From positions 27,652,001-27,716,000 of the forward strand of contig OZ024756.1 in assembly GCA_964016885.1 (NCBI GenBank): a DNA stretch of 64,000 bases, read 5' to 3'. Origin of the DNA: Eledone cirrhosa. Its lineage: Eukaryota. Below the pieces are notes generated by a model. It had not been told where the DNA came from. It did no database searches and saw only the letters and a program-made list of their open reading frames with translations. The translations under genes and the position numbers were made by a program. This document shows positions 48,100 through 62,379 of this stretch, in pieces. Position 1 is the first letter of the stretch, and every line of letters starts with the position of its first letter.

Positions 48100-48340
48100 G
48101 TGGTGACTTCTGGTGTTCTTGGCCCTAGGGCTACCTCCCTACTTACCACCACAGGTGTGAATGTCATAAGATGGAATGGCTCTTCCAGCACATCTCCCTT
48201 ACCATCCTCCGGAGAAACGCCTTCTCTATTCTGTCCGCCGAAGTTGTGGGGCAGCCAGCACGTGGGACCCCATTTGCTCATAATACAGAGAGATGGAGGC
48301 GATGACAGTGGGAGTTAGGCTCTTCCATGTTCGGACATAT
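48100..48340 (+). pseudogene. CRE-like C-terminal fragment
   Basis: TSGVLGPRATSLLTT...WLFQHISLTILRRNAFSIL, with frameshifts. Confidence 0.62.
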
Positions 48341-48529
48341 TTGTTGGAAGGTTTCTTGGGTGTTTGAATTGTTAAGGTCTATAGAATTGGCGTCATGCCT
48401 AGCAGCAAATTGCCGTAATCAAAGAGTTGTCCAAATTCAATGGTGGTAGACTAACAGAAGAGATAGACTTTGTATGTGGTAGATACGCAAGGATAGTTGG
48501 TAGTAAGGGCATCAGTTATATAAACGTTT

Positions 48530-48740
48530 TCCAATCCTAGGAAAGGCTCCATGCAAATAGTTGATAGCTTCAGCTACCTAGGTGATTTCATTAGTTTGGA
48601 AGGAGACTGCACTGAGAACATAGTAGATAGTATATGAAAAGGATGGAAAAGTTTCAGGGAGCTACTACCGCTGTTGACAACAAAAGGTTTCTCTGTTAAA
48701 ATAAAAAAAAAAGACTGGCTGTATGAAGCCTGAGTGCGAG
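48530..48740 (+). pseudogene. RTE-clade LINE ORF fragment (post-RT region)
   Basis: IVDSFSYLGDFISLEGDCTE...GWKSFRELLPLLT. Confidence 0.72.
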
Positions 48741-49542
48741 AGCAATGTGTATATATATATATATGTATATATATATGTATGTCAGGTCACCAGTTGGTGC
48801 TACTGGTAACATGTATCCCAGTACAACCTGTCCCATGGTCGGGTCGTTGGCGACTAAACTGGCAACCCCACCAGGGTTTCTTGGTGAGGAGGGTGACTTT
48901 GGATATCCTGCAGGACTAAAAACAAAACCTGTCAAAGGGCAAAGAAGCTCTTAAAAGTCAATGGCCGTCCAAAATCACCGGGAGAGATGACACCTTAGCG
49001 TTTGTCAAGGCAGAATTCTAGGAGAAGGAAAACTCTGATATAACACCTGTAACCCTGATGGTATCCAATGATGTTAACTTGTTCTTCTTTTTGGTAAATA
49101 TCATCTTGGTTAAGAGAGTGGGACTGGCTTTGTGCAGTGCATTTGCTCACTATAAAAGCTTCACGGCACAGGCATTGCTTTATATCTGGAGATCTCTCTG
49201 CACTTGTCGTCACATGGTACCATGGGCCCAGCACTATGTGTCAATAATTGTCACAAGTGTAGTGTTTGTACCAGAGTTTTCAAGTCGCTGGCTGGACTAA
49301 AAAGTCACACTCGTTCAGCGCATCGGTAGGGGTTCTCCTACATGGATATAAAGTAGTGGCCGTACTCGAAAACGAGTTGGCAGCCACCATGTATGTATAT
49401 GTATGTATGTATATATATCTATTTATGTATACATGTATGTATATATGTATGTATATATATATGTATATGTATGCATATATGATGTGAATGTATGTGTATG
49501 TATGTATATATATATGTATATATATAAATATATATATATATG

Positions 49543-49575
<33 letters not shown>

Positions 49576-50156
49576 GTATAGATGTATATGTATGATGATG
49601 ATGATGTATGTATATATGTATGTGTGTGTATATATATATAGACATTATGGACATTAGATGATGATGATTATGTATGTATATATATATGTATATATATATG
49701 TGTGTATGTATATATGTATATATATAGTGTGTAAATATGTATATACACATGTACCGCGCGGTTAAACCACTGGGAGTGAAGGACCCCTAGCCTTTCTCAG
49801 GGCATTCTTCTAGGAGAAGGCAACTCAGGAAACTGGGATAACTCCGATATAAAACCTGCGGCTCAGTAGTTACCGATGATGTTGATCTTTCCTTCTTTTC
49901 GGGTTATAGCTACTGTCGCTCAGAGAGTGGGATTGGCTCAGTGCACAGTCTTTCCTCACTTTATAAAATATCTTCACGCACAGGCATTGCACGATAGAAT
50001 TAATTAATAATTATTAATAATGGTATATCGTGCAATGACCATACTTGATAATGAGGGGGCAGACATCATATATACGTATGTATATATGTGTATATATTTA
50101 TGTATGTATATATGATGTATATGTATATATGATGTATATATATGTATGTATGTATG

Positions 50157-50194
<38 letters not shown>

Positions 50195-50271
50195 GATGTA
50201 TATCTATATATATGTATGTTTACATATATGTATATATGTATATACGTATATACATGGCTTCATAAAAAAAA

Positions 50272-50460
50272 AATTGTTTTTACTTTTGGCTCAAGGCCTG
50301 CAATAACCCCAGTGCATTACTGGTACTTTGTTTTATCGACCCCGTAAAGATGAAAAGCAAAGTTAACCTCGGTGGGATTTGAACTCAGAAGGTAAAGGGC
50401 CTTGGCTCTATGCTCCAATGCATGACGTATAACACTCCACCGATTTTGCCAATCCACCAC
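50272..50460 (-). mobile_element. SINE family 2
   Basis: Full-length reverse copy ending TGCCAATCCACCAC. Confidence 0.88.
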
Positions 50461-50703
50461 TTAAAAAGAAGGAACAAGGTGTGAAAATATCATCATTATA
50501 TTTATTCAGGAATCTGGTGAGTTATCAATTCCAGAATCAAGTACAATCAATACTGATTGAACTGATTGATTGTGAAACCAACACCACATGTGAATTAACA
50601 TAATGATTTCTTAATTGACCACAATATAGTATTAATATTTTGATACCTCGTAGAGCGACAGACACTATGCTTTGCAATATAGAGTTATGGCCTTTTACCT
50701 TCT

Positions 50704-50996
50704 GAGTTCAAACTGGTAAATTGAGTGCTCAAACTAATGAATCGAGTGCTCAAACTGGTGAATCGAGTGCTCAAACTAATGAATCGAGTGCTCAAACTGG
50801 TGAATCGAGTGCTCAAACTAATGAATCGAGTGCTCAAACTGGTGAATCGAGTGCTCAAACTAATGAATCGAGTGCTCAAACTGGTGAATCGAGTGCTCAA
50901 ACTAATGAATCGAGTGCTCAAACTAATGAATCGAGTGCTCAAACTAATGAATCGAGTGCTCAAACTAATGAATCGAGTGCTCAAACTGGTGAATCA
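50704..50996. repeat. 21-bp minisatellite (~14 copies, two alternating variants) fused to a SINE head
   Basis: GAGTGCTCAAACTAATGAATC / GAGTGCTCAAACTGGTGAATC; SINE head at 50650-50711. Confidence 0.93.
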
Positions 50997-51249
50997 ATAG
51001 TAACATAAAGTCACACACCAATAGACTCTCTCTCTAATGTCTGTTTCAAGCCTGGATATAGCATCAGGCTGGTGCTTATCTCAGTTTCCATGGCATCAAG
51101 CAACTGAGAGTACAATACTCCCCCCTGGACAGGACACCAGACCATCACAGGGTTAAACTTCCAGCTATTGCGGTACTCATTTTCAGTTGAGTATAGTGGA
51201 GCAACGTGAAATGAAGTGTTTTGCTCAAGAATACAACACACAATAGACT

Positions 51250-51627
51250 ATATATATATATATACACACACACACATATGCTCAAACAACACATACACGT
51301 GCACATGCACTCACTGACAGATACATGCATGTGTGCACACATGCACAGACAAACACCACACGCATACAAATATACACTCACACATGCATGCAATGTGACT
51401 CGTGCACAGAAACATATACAGACATACAGACACATGCATACATACATACATGCATGCAGACACACACACACACACACACACCGATGCACACAGATACAGA
51501 CACACACAGTCATGCAGATACACACACACACACACAGATACACAGACACATACAGTCATGCAGACACACACACACATACACATATACAGATACACATACA
51601 TACACAGTCAAGTAGACACACTAACAG

Positions 51628-51689
<62 letters not shown>

Positions 51690-54600
51690 ACAGACACACA
51701 CAGTCATACGGACACACAGACACACACACACACACAGACACAAACAAGCAGACACTTACACACATACACATACAGACATATTTATGTAGAGACACACAGA
51801 CACCCACACACAGACACACACAAGCAGACACTTACACACACACACATACACATACAGACATATTTATGTAGAGACACACAGACACCCACACACAGACACA
51901 CACAAAAAATACACCGACAGACAGACAGACAGACACACCTGGCCTTATCATGATCAATATCACTAACACTCCACACCTGCTCACACAATCTGTCTGCCAA
52001 TTTTGTTTCCATGACAATAGCAATGCCACCATTATTGCACCACCCTCTCCCCACCATCTCTGTTGTACCTCCACCCCTCCACCTCTAGTAATGCCACCAC
52101 CACCACCACCACCACCACCTCTAGTAATGCCACCATCACCACCACCTCCTCTAGTAATGCCACCACCACCACCACCTCCTCTAGTAATGCCACCATCACC
52201 ACCTCTAGTAATGCCACCACCACCACCACCACCTCTAGTAATGCCACCACCACCACCACCTCTAGTAATGCCACCATCACCACCACCTCCTCTAGTAATG
52301 CCACCACCACCACCACCACCTCTAGTAATGCCACCATTATTACACCACCACCACCTCTAGTAATGCCACCACCACCACCACCTCTAGTAATGCCACCACC
52401 ACCACCACCACCTCCTCTAGTAATGCCACCACCACCACCACCTCCTCTAGTAATGCCACCACCACCACCACCTCCTCTAGAAATGTCAACATTATTACAC
52501 CACCACCACCACCTCCTCCTCTAGTAATGCCACCATTATTACACCACCACCACCTCCTCTAGAAATGTCAACATTATTACACCACCACCACCACCTCCTC
52601 CTCTAGTAATGCCACCATTATTACACCACCACCACCACCTCCTCTAGAAATGTCAACATTATTACACCACCACCACCACCTCCTCCTCTAGTAATGCCAC
52701 CATTATTACACCACCACCACCATCACCTCCTCTAGAAATGTCAACATTATTACACCACCACCACCACCACCACCTCCTCTAGTAATGCCACCATTATTAC
52801 ACCACCACCACCACCTCTAGTAATGCCACCATTATTACACCACCACCTCCTCTAGAAATGTCAACATTATTACACCACCACCACCACCACCACCACCTCC
52901 TCTAGTAATGCCACCATTATTACACCACCACCACCACCTCCTCCTCTAGTAATGCCACCATTATTACACCACCACCACCACCTCTAGTAATGCCACCATT
53001 ATTACACCACCACCACCACCTCTAGTAATGCCACCATTATTACACCACCACCTCCTCTAGAAATGTCAACATTATTACACCACCACCTCCTCTAGAAATG
53101 TCAACATTATTACACCACCACCACCACCTCTAGTAATGCCACCATTATTACACCACCACCACCACCTCCTCCTCTAGTAATGCCACCATTATTACACCAC
53201 CACCACCACCTCCTCCTCTAGTAATGCCACCATTATTACACCACCACCACCACCTCTAGTAATGCCACCATTATTACACCACCACCACCACCACCAATGC
53301 TCTACCTCCACCACCACCACCTCCTCCTCTACTAATGCCACCACTGTTGAAGCATCCCCCCCCCCCTCATCTCCACTGTATCCCCACCACCACCACCACC
53401 TCCTCTTTAGTACTACCACTGCTGTTACAGCAACATCCTCCCCTTTTCCTCCTCACTGCTCTATCCCTCCTCCCTGCTACCTCTCCAGAGAACTTTCTAT
53501 CATCTGTGGCTGCTGCTGCTGTTGTTGCTGCTACATCTGTTGCTGCTACTGTTGTGTCACAGCATTTACTACTACTACCACTACTACTAACACCACTACT
53601 ACTACTACTATCTTCACTGCAACTACCACAACCACCACCACTACTACTACTACTACTACCACAACAACCACCACTACTATCTTCACCACCACTACTACCA
53701 CTATTACTACTACTACTGCCATCATCATCATCACACTTGCTTCCAATACCACCACCATCATCACTGACACTACCACCACGACCACCACCACCACCACCAC
53801 TACCATTGCCACCATCAACATCACTGACACTACCACCACCACCACCACCACCACTACTATTGCCACCATCAACATCACTGACACTACTACCACCACTACC
53901 ACCATCACTATCACCACCATCAACACTACTACCACCACCATCAACATCACTGACACTACTACCACCACCACCACCACTATCATCACCACCACCACCATCA
54001 ACACTACTACCACCACCATCAACATCACTGACACTACTACCACCACCACCACTATCATCACCACCACCACCACTATCACCAACATCAACATTGAAACTAC
54101 TACCACCACCACTACCATCACCACCATCATCACTATCACCGACATCAACATCACTGACACTACTACCACCACCACTACCACTATCACCATCATCAGCACC
54201 TCTACCACCTCCACTACCTCTACCACCACCACTATCACCATCATCACTATCACCATCATCAGCACCACTACCACCTCCACCATTGCAGCAGCAACAACAG
54301 CAGCAGCAGTTTCTGTTTGTGAACTGAGAATGCTGGGACGCACAGACTTTATCCATTTATGCTGTGCTGCTGTCTTTGACTTGACAAATACCATTATGGA
54401 TGTTGGTGTGAGTCGGTGGCTTTAATGTTTTCCTTTGTAATGATTTTCTTAAACTGGTGCTAGCTGATTGTATCAATGGTCCTTACGGTTTCCTAGTCTT
54501 TGTTATTGTAGCAGCGTTTGTTGTTGTGATTGTAGTGGTTATTGTAGTATTGGTTGTTGTGGTTTTTGTTGTTGTTGTTGTGGTTATAGTGTTGTTGTTA

Positions 54601-55292
54601 TTGTAGTATTGGTTGTTGTGGTTATGGTGGTTGTTATTGTAGTATTGGTTTTTGTGATTTTTGTTGTTGTGGTTATAGTGGTTGTTGTTGTAGTATTGGT
54701 TGTTGTGGTTTTTGTTGTTGTGGTTATAGTGGTTGTTGTTGTTATTGTAGTATTGGTTGTTGTGATTTTTGTTGTTGTAGTATTGGTTGTGGTTTTTGTT
54801 GTTGTAGTATTGGTTGTTGCAGTTTTTGTTGTTGTTGTTGTGGTTATAGTGGTTGTTGTTGTTGTTATTGTTGTATTGGTTGTTGTGGTTTTTGTAATAG
54901 TAGCTGCAGTGGATATAGGATATAGTGTTTGTTGTTGTGGTTATTGTAGTAGTAGTAGTAGTAGTAGTAGCTGTTGTTGTGGTTATACTGTTTGATATTG
55001 TAGTTGTTGTAATTGGTGTTAATTTCGCTGGATCTTATTGCTTCCTACAGTTATTGTTGTTCATTCCGATGACATCACTGCTGTTGTTGTTGTTCTTGTT
55101 CTTTTTCTTTTTCTATATGCTCGGCTCATTTTTCTTGTTATTGCTTTTATTGTTGTTGTCATTGCTGTTATTGCTATTGTCATTGCTGTTATTGCTGTTG
55201 TTGTTGCTGTTGTTATTGTTGTTGTCCCTGTTGTTGCTATTGTTGTTGTTGTTGTCATTGCTGTCGCCATCATTGCTGTTATTATTGATGTC
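51250..55292. repeat. Cryptic simple-repeat block: (CA)n, (CCA)n-CTCTAGTAATG units, (ACC/ACT)n, (GTT)n
   Basis: CA 51250-51940; CCA-based 52070-53400; ACY 53565-54300; GTT 54500-55290. Confidence 0.93.
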
Positions 55293-55297
55293 ATTGC

Positions 55298-55620
55298 ATT
55301 CTGAGTTCAAATCCCGCCGAGGTTAACTTTGCCTTTCATCCTTACGGGGTCGATAAAATAAAGTACCAGTAATACACTGGGTAATTGCTGGCCTTTTGCC
55401 AAAAGTAGAAACAATTATTGGTGTTAATACTGTAGATTCCACTGCAAATATTAATCTTACCATTACTGCAATTCAAGTGAAGGCACATGGCTTAGTGGCT
55501 AGAATCTTGGGCTTAGAATCATAAGGTTGAGTTCTAGTCCGGGCTTTACGTTGTGTTCTTGAGCAAGACACTTTATTTCATGTGGCTCCAGTTCACTCGG
55601 CTTTAGAAATGAGATGCTAC
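55298..55620 (+). mobile_element. SINE family 2 (55298-55418) and SINE family 1 (55480-55620)
   Basis: B box and body matches to the other copies. Confidence 0.85.
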
Positions 55621-55689
55621 GTCACTGGTGCCAAGCTGTATCAGCCATTACCTTTCCTTTCCCTTGGACAACATTGGTGGCATGCAGAG

Positions 55690-56032
55690 AGGAGACTGGT
55701 ATGTATGGGTGATTGCTGGTCTTCCACAAACAACAGAAGAGAGTTGTGCTTTCCACAGGACCAGTGGGACACAATCTTTATGTACCACCATGTGTTTCTT
55801 TAGACTGGAACTAGTTCTATACACTTTGTTGCATATCACGCATGTTGTTTCACCAGGTCTTTGTTGAGTGATGTTGCAGGTGGTTATTCTTTCATGTGAC
55901 TTCAGGTGATTAACATAACCAGCCTTTGAGAGGAGTACACACTGTCAGAAATTGCATGTCCAATTATTGATGACTTCATCAAGGCTGTGAGCACAACCCT
56001 TCCGGAGCTGACGCTTCAGTTGTTTATATTCT
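55690..56032 (-). pseudogene. Two C2H2-like zinc fingers, probably the 3' end of an RTE-type LINE ORF
   Basis: EYKQLKRQLRK...WTCNF*QCVLLSKAGYVNHLKSH...CVICNKVYRTSSSLKKHMVVH; no TGEKP linker; stop at the second Cys. Confidence 0.6.
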
Positions 56033-56133
56033 AGACGACACACATACATACATACCTGAAAATTGTTCTGCTGTGGGTCATGGAAAATTAGTTTGTGTGC
56101 TGCCTGTTTGAGACCCCTAATCTACTCAAATGT

Positions 56134-56301
56134 TACGAGGGTCAGCTGAAAATTTTTCATGGGCTGATCAAGATACTCTCATGGAATTAGCAAATGAGGT
56201 TTATTTTTCAACATAGTTCACCGATAGATAGTATTAACAATTGGAAAGACCAATGGAAACATTGTTTCCTCAGTCCGATTTGACGAAAGTCAATTGACTG
56301 C

Positions 56302-56347
<46 letters not shown>

Positions 56348-56605
56348 CAGAGTTTTGTAGCTTGTTTGAAGCATTGTTGAATAGGAAACTCAAATTTAAA
56401 TAATTTTGAAAACCAAACAATGCATTAGGAAGAACATTAAATCGCCAAGATAAATGAGGTTTATTTTTCAACATAGTTCCTGGAAAGAAACAATATAGTT
56501 ATTAATAAGAAAATAAGAAAAGTTGAAATTAATGCATGCAAGATTCCACAGCTCTAGCATCACTCCTTCATAGTCAGCCTATGAACATTTCAGCCAACCC
56601 TCGTA
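56134..56605. mobile_element. Mariner-type MITE with nested insertion
   Basis: TIRs TACGAGGGTCAGCTGAAA / TTTCAGCCAACCCTCGTA with TA ends. Confidence 0.78.
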
Positions 56606-56701
56606 TATTAAGAACTCTACAGATATAGATTTATTCTATTTTGTTAACCACCAGGGCTCAGTACTTAACACCATCTATTTCATTGACAAATATAAATTTT
56701 A

Positions 56702-57384
56702 CTAACCGGCCCCGTGCCGTCAAAAATGACGGCTAAAGGGTAGATTTGTATATACCGTATTTCCTGGTGTCGAAGACACTACTTTTTTCATAAAATAAGT
56801 CTCAAAAATATACCAATGCGTCTTGGAGGCCGAAGGTCGTTTATTATTTATTTTTTTATTTTTGATTGTCAAAATTAGGGTGCTTCCTCGAGGACGGGAA
56901 ATATGTTACCTTTCAACTGTGGTCATTTTATATTCTTGATTACTCTAATTTATTCGATATTGCTGGGGACTTGGCTCCTTGAACAACACATACACACAAT
57001 CACTCACTCCTACACACACACACACACTCACAAAAGTGTAGCCAATCTAAGAATGCTAGTTAAAATATTACATACACACACATCTACACAAACACACATT
57101 AAACAGACTCGGAGAAAAGAATTATTACATGCATACACATATGTGTGTGTGTGTGTGCATATGTATACATTTATATGTATGAGTAAACACAGGTGTAGCG
57201 AACGCTGTTCTCTTCTTTTCTATAGTGTTTCACCAGCCCCCTTTCTTCCACACTCATCACATAGATGTGTGTGTAGGTAATACATTTGTATAATGTATAT
57301 GTTTATGTATTTCAATACTGAAACAGATGAGTTACCTCCCTTCGCGTGACGTACAGAAACACAAAAGTATTATATATTAGTAGA
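56702..57384 (-). mobile_element. Non-autonomous Helitron containing a pogo-like MITE (56753-56908)
   Basis: A|TCTACTAATATATAA 5' end; 3' hairpin GCCGTCA-TTTT-TGACGGC then TTAG|T. Confidence 0.65.
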
Positions 57385-57499
57385 TGTTTATGGCCCAAAG
57401 TTTGCTAATTATATAACTGCACTCTTCTGTAAAAGATTCAATAAATCACAGTGACACATTCTCCACCTCCAACTTAGTTGCTTCGGCCACAGACCCCAG

Positions 57500-57700
57500 T
57501 ACTATGGCCTGCAATGCAGAGGACACGAAGACAAGCAAATACTGAGGTTTGTCTGACTACTTCTTCTTTGCACCGGTCGCTGTCGAGACCTGATGCATCC
57601 TCGAACGTCAGTAGCCTGTCTGAGCTGTTGCTGTAGGTGTTGATGGCCATTGTCTGCAGAAATGTCTTTGTAGTTTTGTCCGCGGGGCGCAGCTGAAACA
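57500..57700 (+). pseudogene. CRE-like RLE endonuclease fragment
   Basis: AEDTKTSKY*GLSDYFFFAPVAVET (E..K..KY and F.P.AVET pattern). Confidence 0.65.
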
Positions 57701-58183
57701 CTGCCCCAACCTAGGTTTAGAACCTGTCCCCCACTCTCCTTCCTTCTCTCATTCATTGCCTAATAGTCATTGCCCTTTCCCTCCTTTTCTTCTCATTTAT
57801 GGCATTTATAGTTCTTTCCTTTATTTTCCTATGCAGCCAGATCTGCCCTTCTTTACCCATTTCCCCTTTATTTGGTTCCTTACTTTTGATTTTAACCCTT
57901 TTTAATATTTCCATTGTTTGAAAACTAGAATGGGGTCACTCTATCACACTAAGACTGGTTTGTTTGACTTCAGCCAGACACAAAACTAATATAAAAAACT
58001 GTTTATTTGATTCAAGTGCTGGTACTTGAATGTGTAAATAGATGCTAACATACACACACATACCTAGATACACTTTATATGAGCCTACTATAAAAACTCT
58101 AGCACTCAACCATCTGTTCAAGGCTGCATTGAGTTCTAACAATGCTATCACCCCCACCTCCCACCAAAAACACTTGGATACCA

Positions 58184-58235
<52 letters not shown>

Positions 58236-58244
58236 ATATACCAG

Positions 58245-58277
<33 letters not shown>

Positions 58278-58311
58278 ATACCAGTATATATATATATATA
58301 TATATATATAT

Positions 58312-58527
58312 ACTGGTATGTCAATATTTATAAAACAAATCTGATGAAAGCGCACCATAATTTGCCTTGGGTGCCCTTGAAATATATAATAAAATAAATA
58401 TGGTTTTATAAATATAGTTTCTATTTATTAATATATTGTGTATTTACTCCACTAATCTGTTGAGTGCTTTATATCAGTTATAAAATTTTTTAAGCTTGTT
58501 GAATCCCAACAAATTAAATATAACCTC

Positions 58528-58531
<4 letters not shown>
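58312..58531 (+). mobile_element. Single-arm copy of the 21.7-22.2 kb pLTR with a damaged hammerhead
   Basis: Reverse complement of 21708-21945; CUGAUGA 58341-58347 and GAAA retained, 5' strand of stem I deleted. Confidence 0.8.
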
Positions 58532-58598
<67 letters not shown>

Positions 58599-58629
58599 AT
58601 ACCAGTATATATATATAATCATCATAATA

Positions 58630-58962
58630 ATAATCATCATTTTACGTCCGCTTTTCTCTGCTTGCAAGGGAGGGACGGGAACCGATTCTGGCTTGATTTC
58701 TACAGCTGGATGCCCTTCCTAACACCAACCTCATTTACAGTGAGTGCTGGGTGCTTTTTTTGCCGTGGCACCTCCACAACCACTTTGCAGTGGAATGATA
58801 TGGACCCCAGTCCCTATCATCTCATTTCTACAGCTGAGTAAACTGGAGCAATGTGAAATAAAGTGCCTTGCTCAAGGAAACAACACATCACCCGGTCTGA
58901 GAATTGAACTCACAACCTTTCGATTGCAAGGCCAATGCTCTAACCACTAAGCCATGTGCCTC
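58630..58962 (-). mobile_element. SINE/RTE-related fragments
   Basis: CTGGATGCCCTTCCTAAC.CCAACC (also at 59520) and a reverse family 1 SINE head. Confidence 0.7.
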
Positions 58963-58968
58963 CATATA

Positions 58969-58999
<31 letters not shown>

Positions 59000-59001
59000 T
59001 A

Positions 59002-59079
<78 letters not shown>

Positions 59080-59709
59080 TCCTGCAGAGTGAGAGACTCC
59101 TAGTCTTCATTAAGACATCTCGCTAGGAGTAGGTCACAAACCTGTGACTTCATTTGTATACAGTGATGTAGACCAGTTCTACTTTTTGGGTAAATGCATT
59201 CCATGTTCAGAGAGTGGGATTGACCCCGTTCAAAGCCTTTCCTTACTTAAAAAAAACTTCAAGCACAGGCACCACTTGATATGTGACATTTTTGCAATGC
59301 ATGGCATGTTTGTGATGCTCGTGCAATAGGTTTACCCAAAATCGAGTTGCTGCCATCATGTATGTATGAATGTATATATATGTATGTATATATATATTTA
59401 TATCATCATCATCATCGTTTCAAGCTAGCATAGATTAGACGAGTTGTTCCGTTTGAGGCAAGTCAGATTAGGTGACGATGTCTTGCTCATACAGAACTAT
59501 TTCTGGCTTGGTTTCTATGGCTGGATGCCCTTCCTAACGCCAACCATATTTACAGTGTGGACTAGGTGCTTTTTGTCATGACAGCTATTCGACCACTTTA
59601 CAGTGTGGGTTAGGTGCTTTTTGTCCTGACACCTACATGACCACTTTACAGTGTGGGCTGGGTGCTTTTTATCATGACACCTATGAATGTGTGTGTATGT
59701 ATGTATATA

Positions 59710-59745
<36 letters not shown>

Positions 59746-60520
59746 TGTATATATAGTGTATTTTGCAATACACTGTTTGCTTAATTAAAAGCATTTTGAA
59801 GACCTTACACTATTGTTTTAGAGTAGTGACAGTCTCACTTACTTTAAATTTTCAGCAAACAGGGGGAGATAAAGCTGACAGCTCTGTTTCGTACTATTTG
59901 GTACTTATCAAAGCTAAGTACTCCACCTGTTTGCTGAAAATCATGAATGTTTGATTCTTATAGAATTCTAGTAATAATCAAGAACTGATTATACAGAGCG
60001 GTTGCCGGTCAAGCAGAAATTGAAAATTAGAATTGGTGCTCTGAAATAGCGATATATATATGAATGTATATACAGTGTATTTTGCAATACACTGTATGCT
60101 TAATTAAAAGCATATATATATATATATCATATATATATATATATATATATATATAAATTAATAAAAATAATGAATAAAAACAAAGAAACAGTTCCTTATA
60201 TTAAAAAATTCATCATTTTACGATCATTTCTAGGATATATATGTGTGTGTTGGTATGTATATCATATAGATCTATGTAAAATTTTTACAAACTATCAGAG
60301 GGAATATACATACCTACACATATATATGCTGTCTTCAGAAATTTTTAATATAAGGAGATGTTTCTTTGTTTTTATTAATTTATCTTGACTCTGTTTTCCT
60401 GTGTTTTTCATCGAAAAAATTTTGAATACATCTCTTTTCATGATATTTGGATTACATTGAGTTCTTCATACGGATTGGACACTACCGTATATTTTGGTAG
60501 ATTTATCTACATATATATAT

Positions 60521-60614
<94 letters not shown>

Positions 60615-61314
60615 GTGTATATATTGTTTAGGCACAGTGACCATTCCATCTAAGACTATATTTTCAATGTGCGCTTTGCTTTTGTTAAAATGAAAACAGC
60701 TGGGTGTGGTTTGAGGGAATTTTGGCTGCTATCTCTAACATGCAGAGCGACCATGTGGAGGGTCTCTTGATAGTTCTACTTTTTATAGCAAGCTGGGTAG
60801 ATGGGGTTTAGTAGGATGTAATGGGTAGGGCTGTGTGTGTGTGTGTGTATTGACAAGGGTGGGGGAAGTAGGGCAATAACACTCTTAAAACCTGTTAACT
60901 TTACAACTTTTGGTAATAAAATCTAGCAGCTGCCTTGGTTCCCAAAGTCTGATATTCATCCCCTCCACATCCACCCCTTCCACCCCTTATCTCCCTGCTC
61001 TATCTCTCTTAAGTCTCTGTTCTTCTTTCTTTTTAATCTTCCTTCTTCTCTCCTCTCCCCCTCCCTTTCTCTAATATCATCTCTCTCTCTTTCTCTCATC
61101 TCTCATCTCTCCTCTCTCTCTTTCTCTCATCTCTCCTATCTTCCCCTCTCTTACTATCATCTCTCCTATCTCACTCGTCCTCTCACACCCTTATCTCTCC
61201 TCTCTCTCTCGTCCTCTCACACCCTTATCTCTCCTCTCTCTCTCTCGTCCTCTCACATCCTTATCTCTTTCTCTCATCTCTTTCTCCCTCTCTCTCTCTC
61301 TCCATTCTCCCTCT

Positions 61315-61514
61315 NNNNNNNNNNNNNNNNNNNNNNNNNNNNNNNNNNNNNNNNNNNNNNNNNNNNNNNNNNNNNNNNNNNNNNNNNNNNNNNNNNNNNN
61401 NNNNNNNNNNNNNNNNNNNNNNNNNNNNNNNNNNNNNNNNNNNNNNNNNNNNNNNNNNNNNNNNNNNNNNNNNNNNNNNNNNNNNNNNNNNNNNNNNNNN
61501 NNNNNNNNNNNNNN
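61315..61514. other. Assembly gap (200 N)
   Basis: Run of N. Confidence 1.
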
Positions 61515-61621
61515 GAAAAAATTTGAATACATCTCTTTTCATGATATTTGGATTACATTGAGTTCTTCATACGGATTGGACACTACCGTATATTTTGGTA
61601 GATTTATCTACATATATATAT

Positions 61622-61675
<54 letters not shown>

Positions 61676-62379
61676 GTATGATATGTATGTGTGTATATAT
61701 TGTTTAGGCACAGTGACCATTCCATCTAAGACTATATTTTCAATGTGCGCTTTGCTTTTGTTTAAAATGAAAACAGCTGGGTGTGGTTTGAGGGAATTTT
61801 GGCTGCTATCTCTAACATGCAGAGCGACCATGTGGAGGGTCTCTTGATAGTTCTACTTTTTATAGCAAGCTGGGTAGATGGGGTTTAGTAGGATGTAATG
61901 GGTAGGGCTGTGTGTGTGTGTGTGTATTGACAAGGGTGGGGGAAGTAGGGCAATAACACTCTTAAACCTGTTAACTTTACAACTTTTGGTAATAAAATCT
62001 AGCAGCTGCCTTGGTTCCCAAAGTCTGATATTCATCCCCTCCACATCCACCCCTTCCACCCCTTATCTCCCTGCTCTATCTCTCTTAAGTCTCTGTTCTT
62101 CTTTCTTTTTAATCTTCCTTCTTCTCTCCTCTCCCCTCCCTTCTCTAATATCATCTCTCTCTCTTTCTCTCATCTCTCATCTCTCCTCTCTCTCTTCTCT
62201 CATCTCTCCTATCTTCCCCTCTCTCTTACTATCATCTCTCCTATCTCACGTCGTCCTCTCACACCCTTATCTCTCCTCTCTTATTTCCCTTCTCTCTTTC
62301 CTCTCTCTTTTTCTTTCTTCTCTATTTCCCCCTCTCTCTTTTCCCTCCTCTTCATAAACCCCTCTCCCTAATGTTTCTC

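Noticed and set aside
51950-55326. Mucin-, extensin- or Gly-rich long ORFs
   Set aside because: Trinucleotide-derived low complexity, open in several frames on both strands, no domain or splice support
55648-56032. Host C2H2 zinc-finger gene exon
   Set aside because: In-frame stop in the first finger, no Kruppel linker, layout fits a LINE C-terminus; not fully excluded
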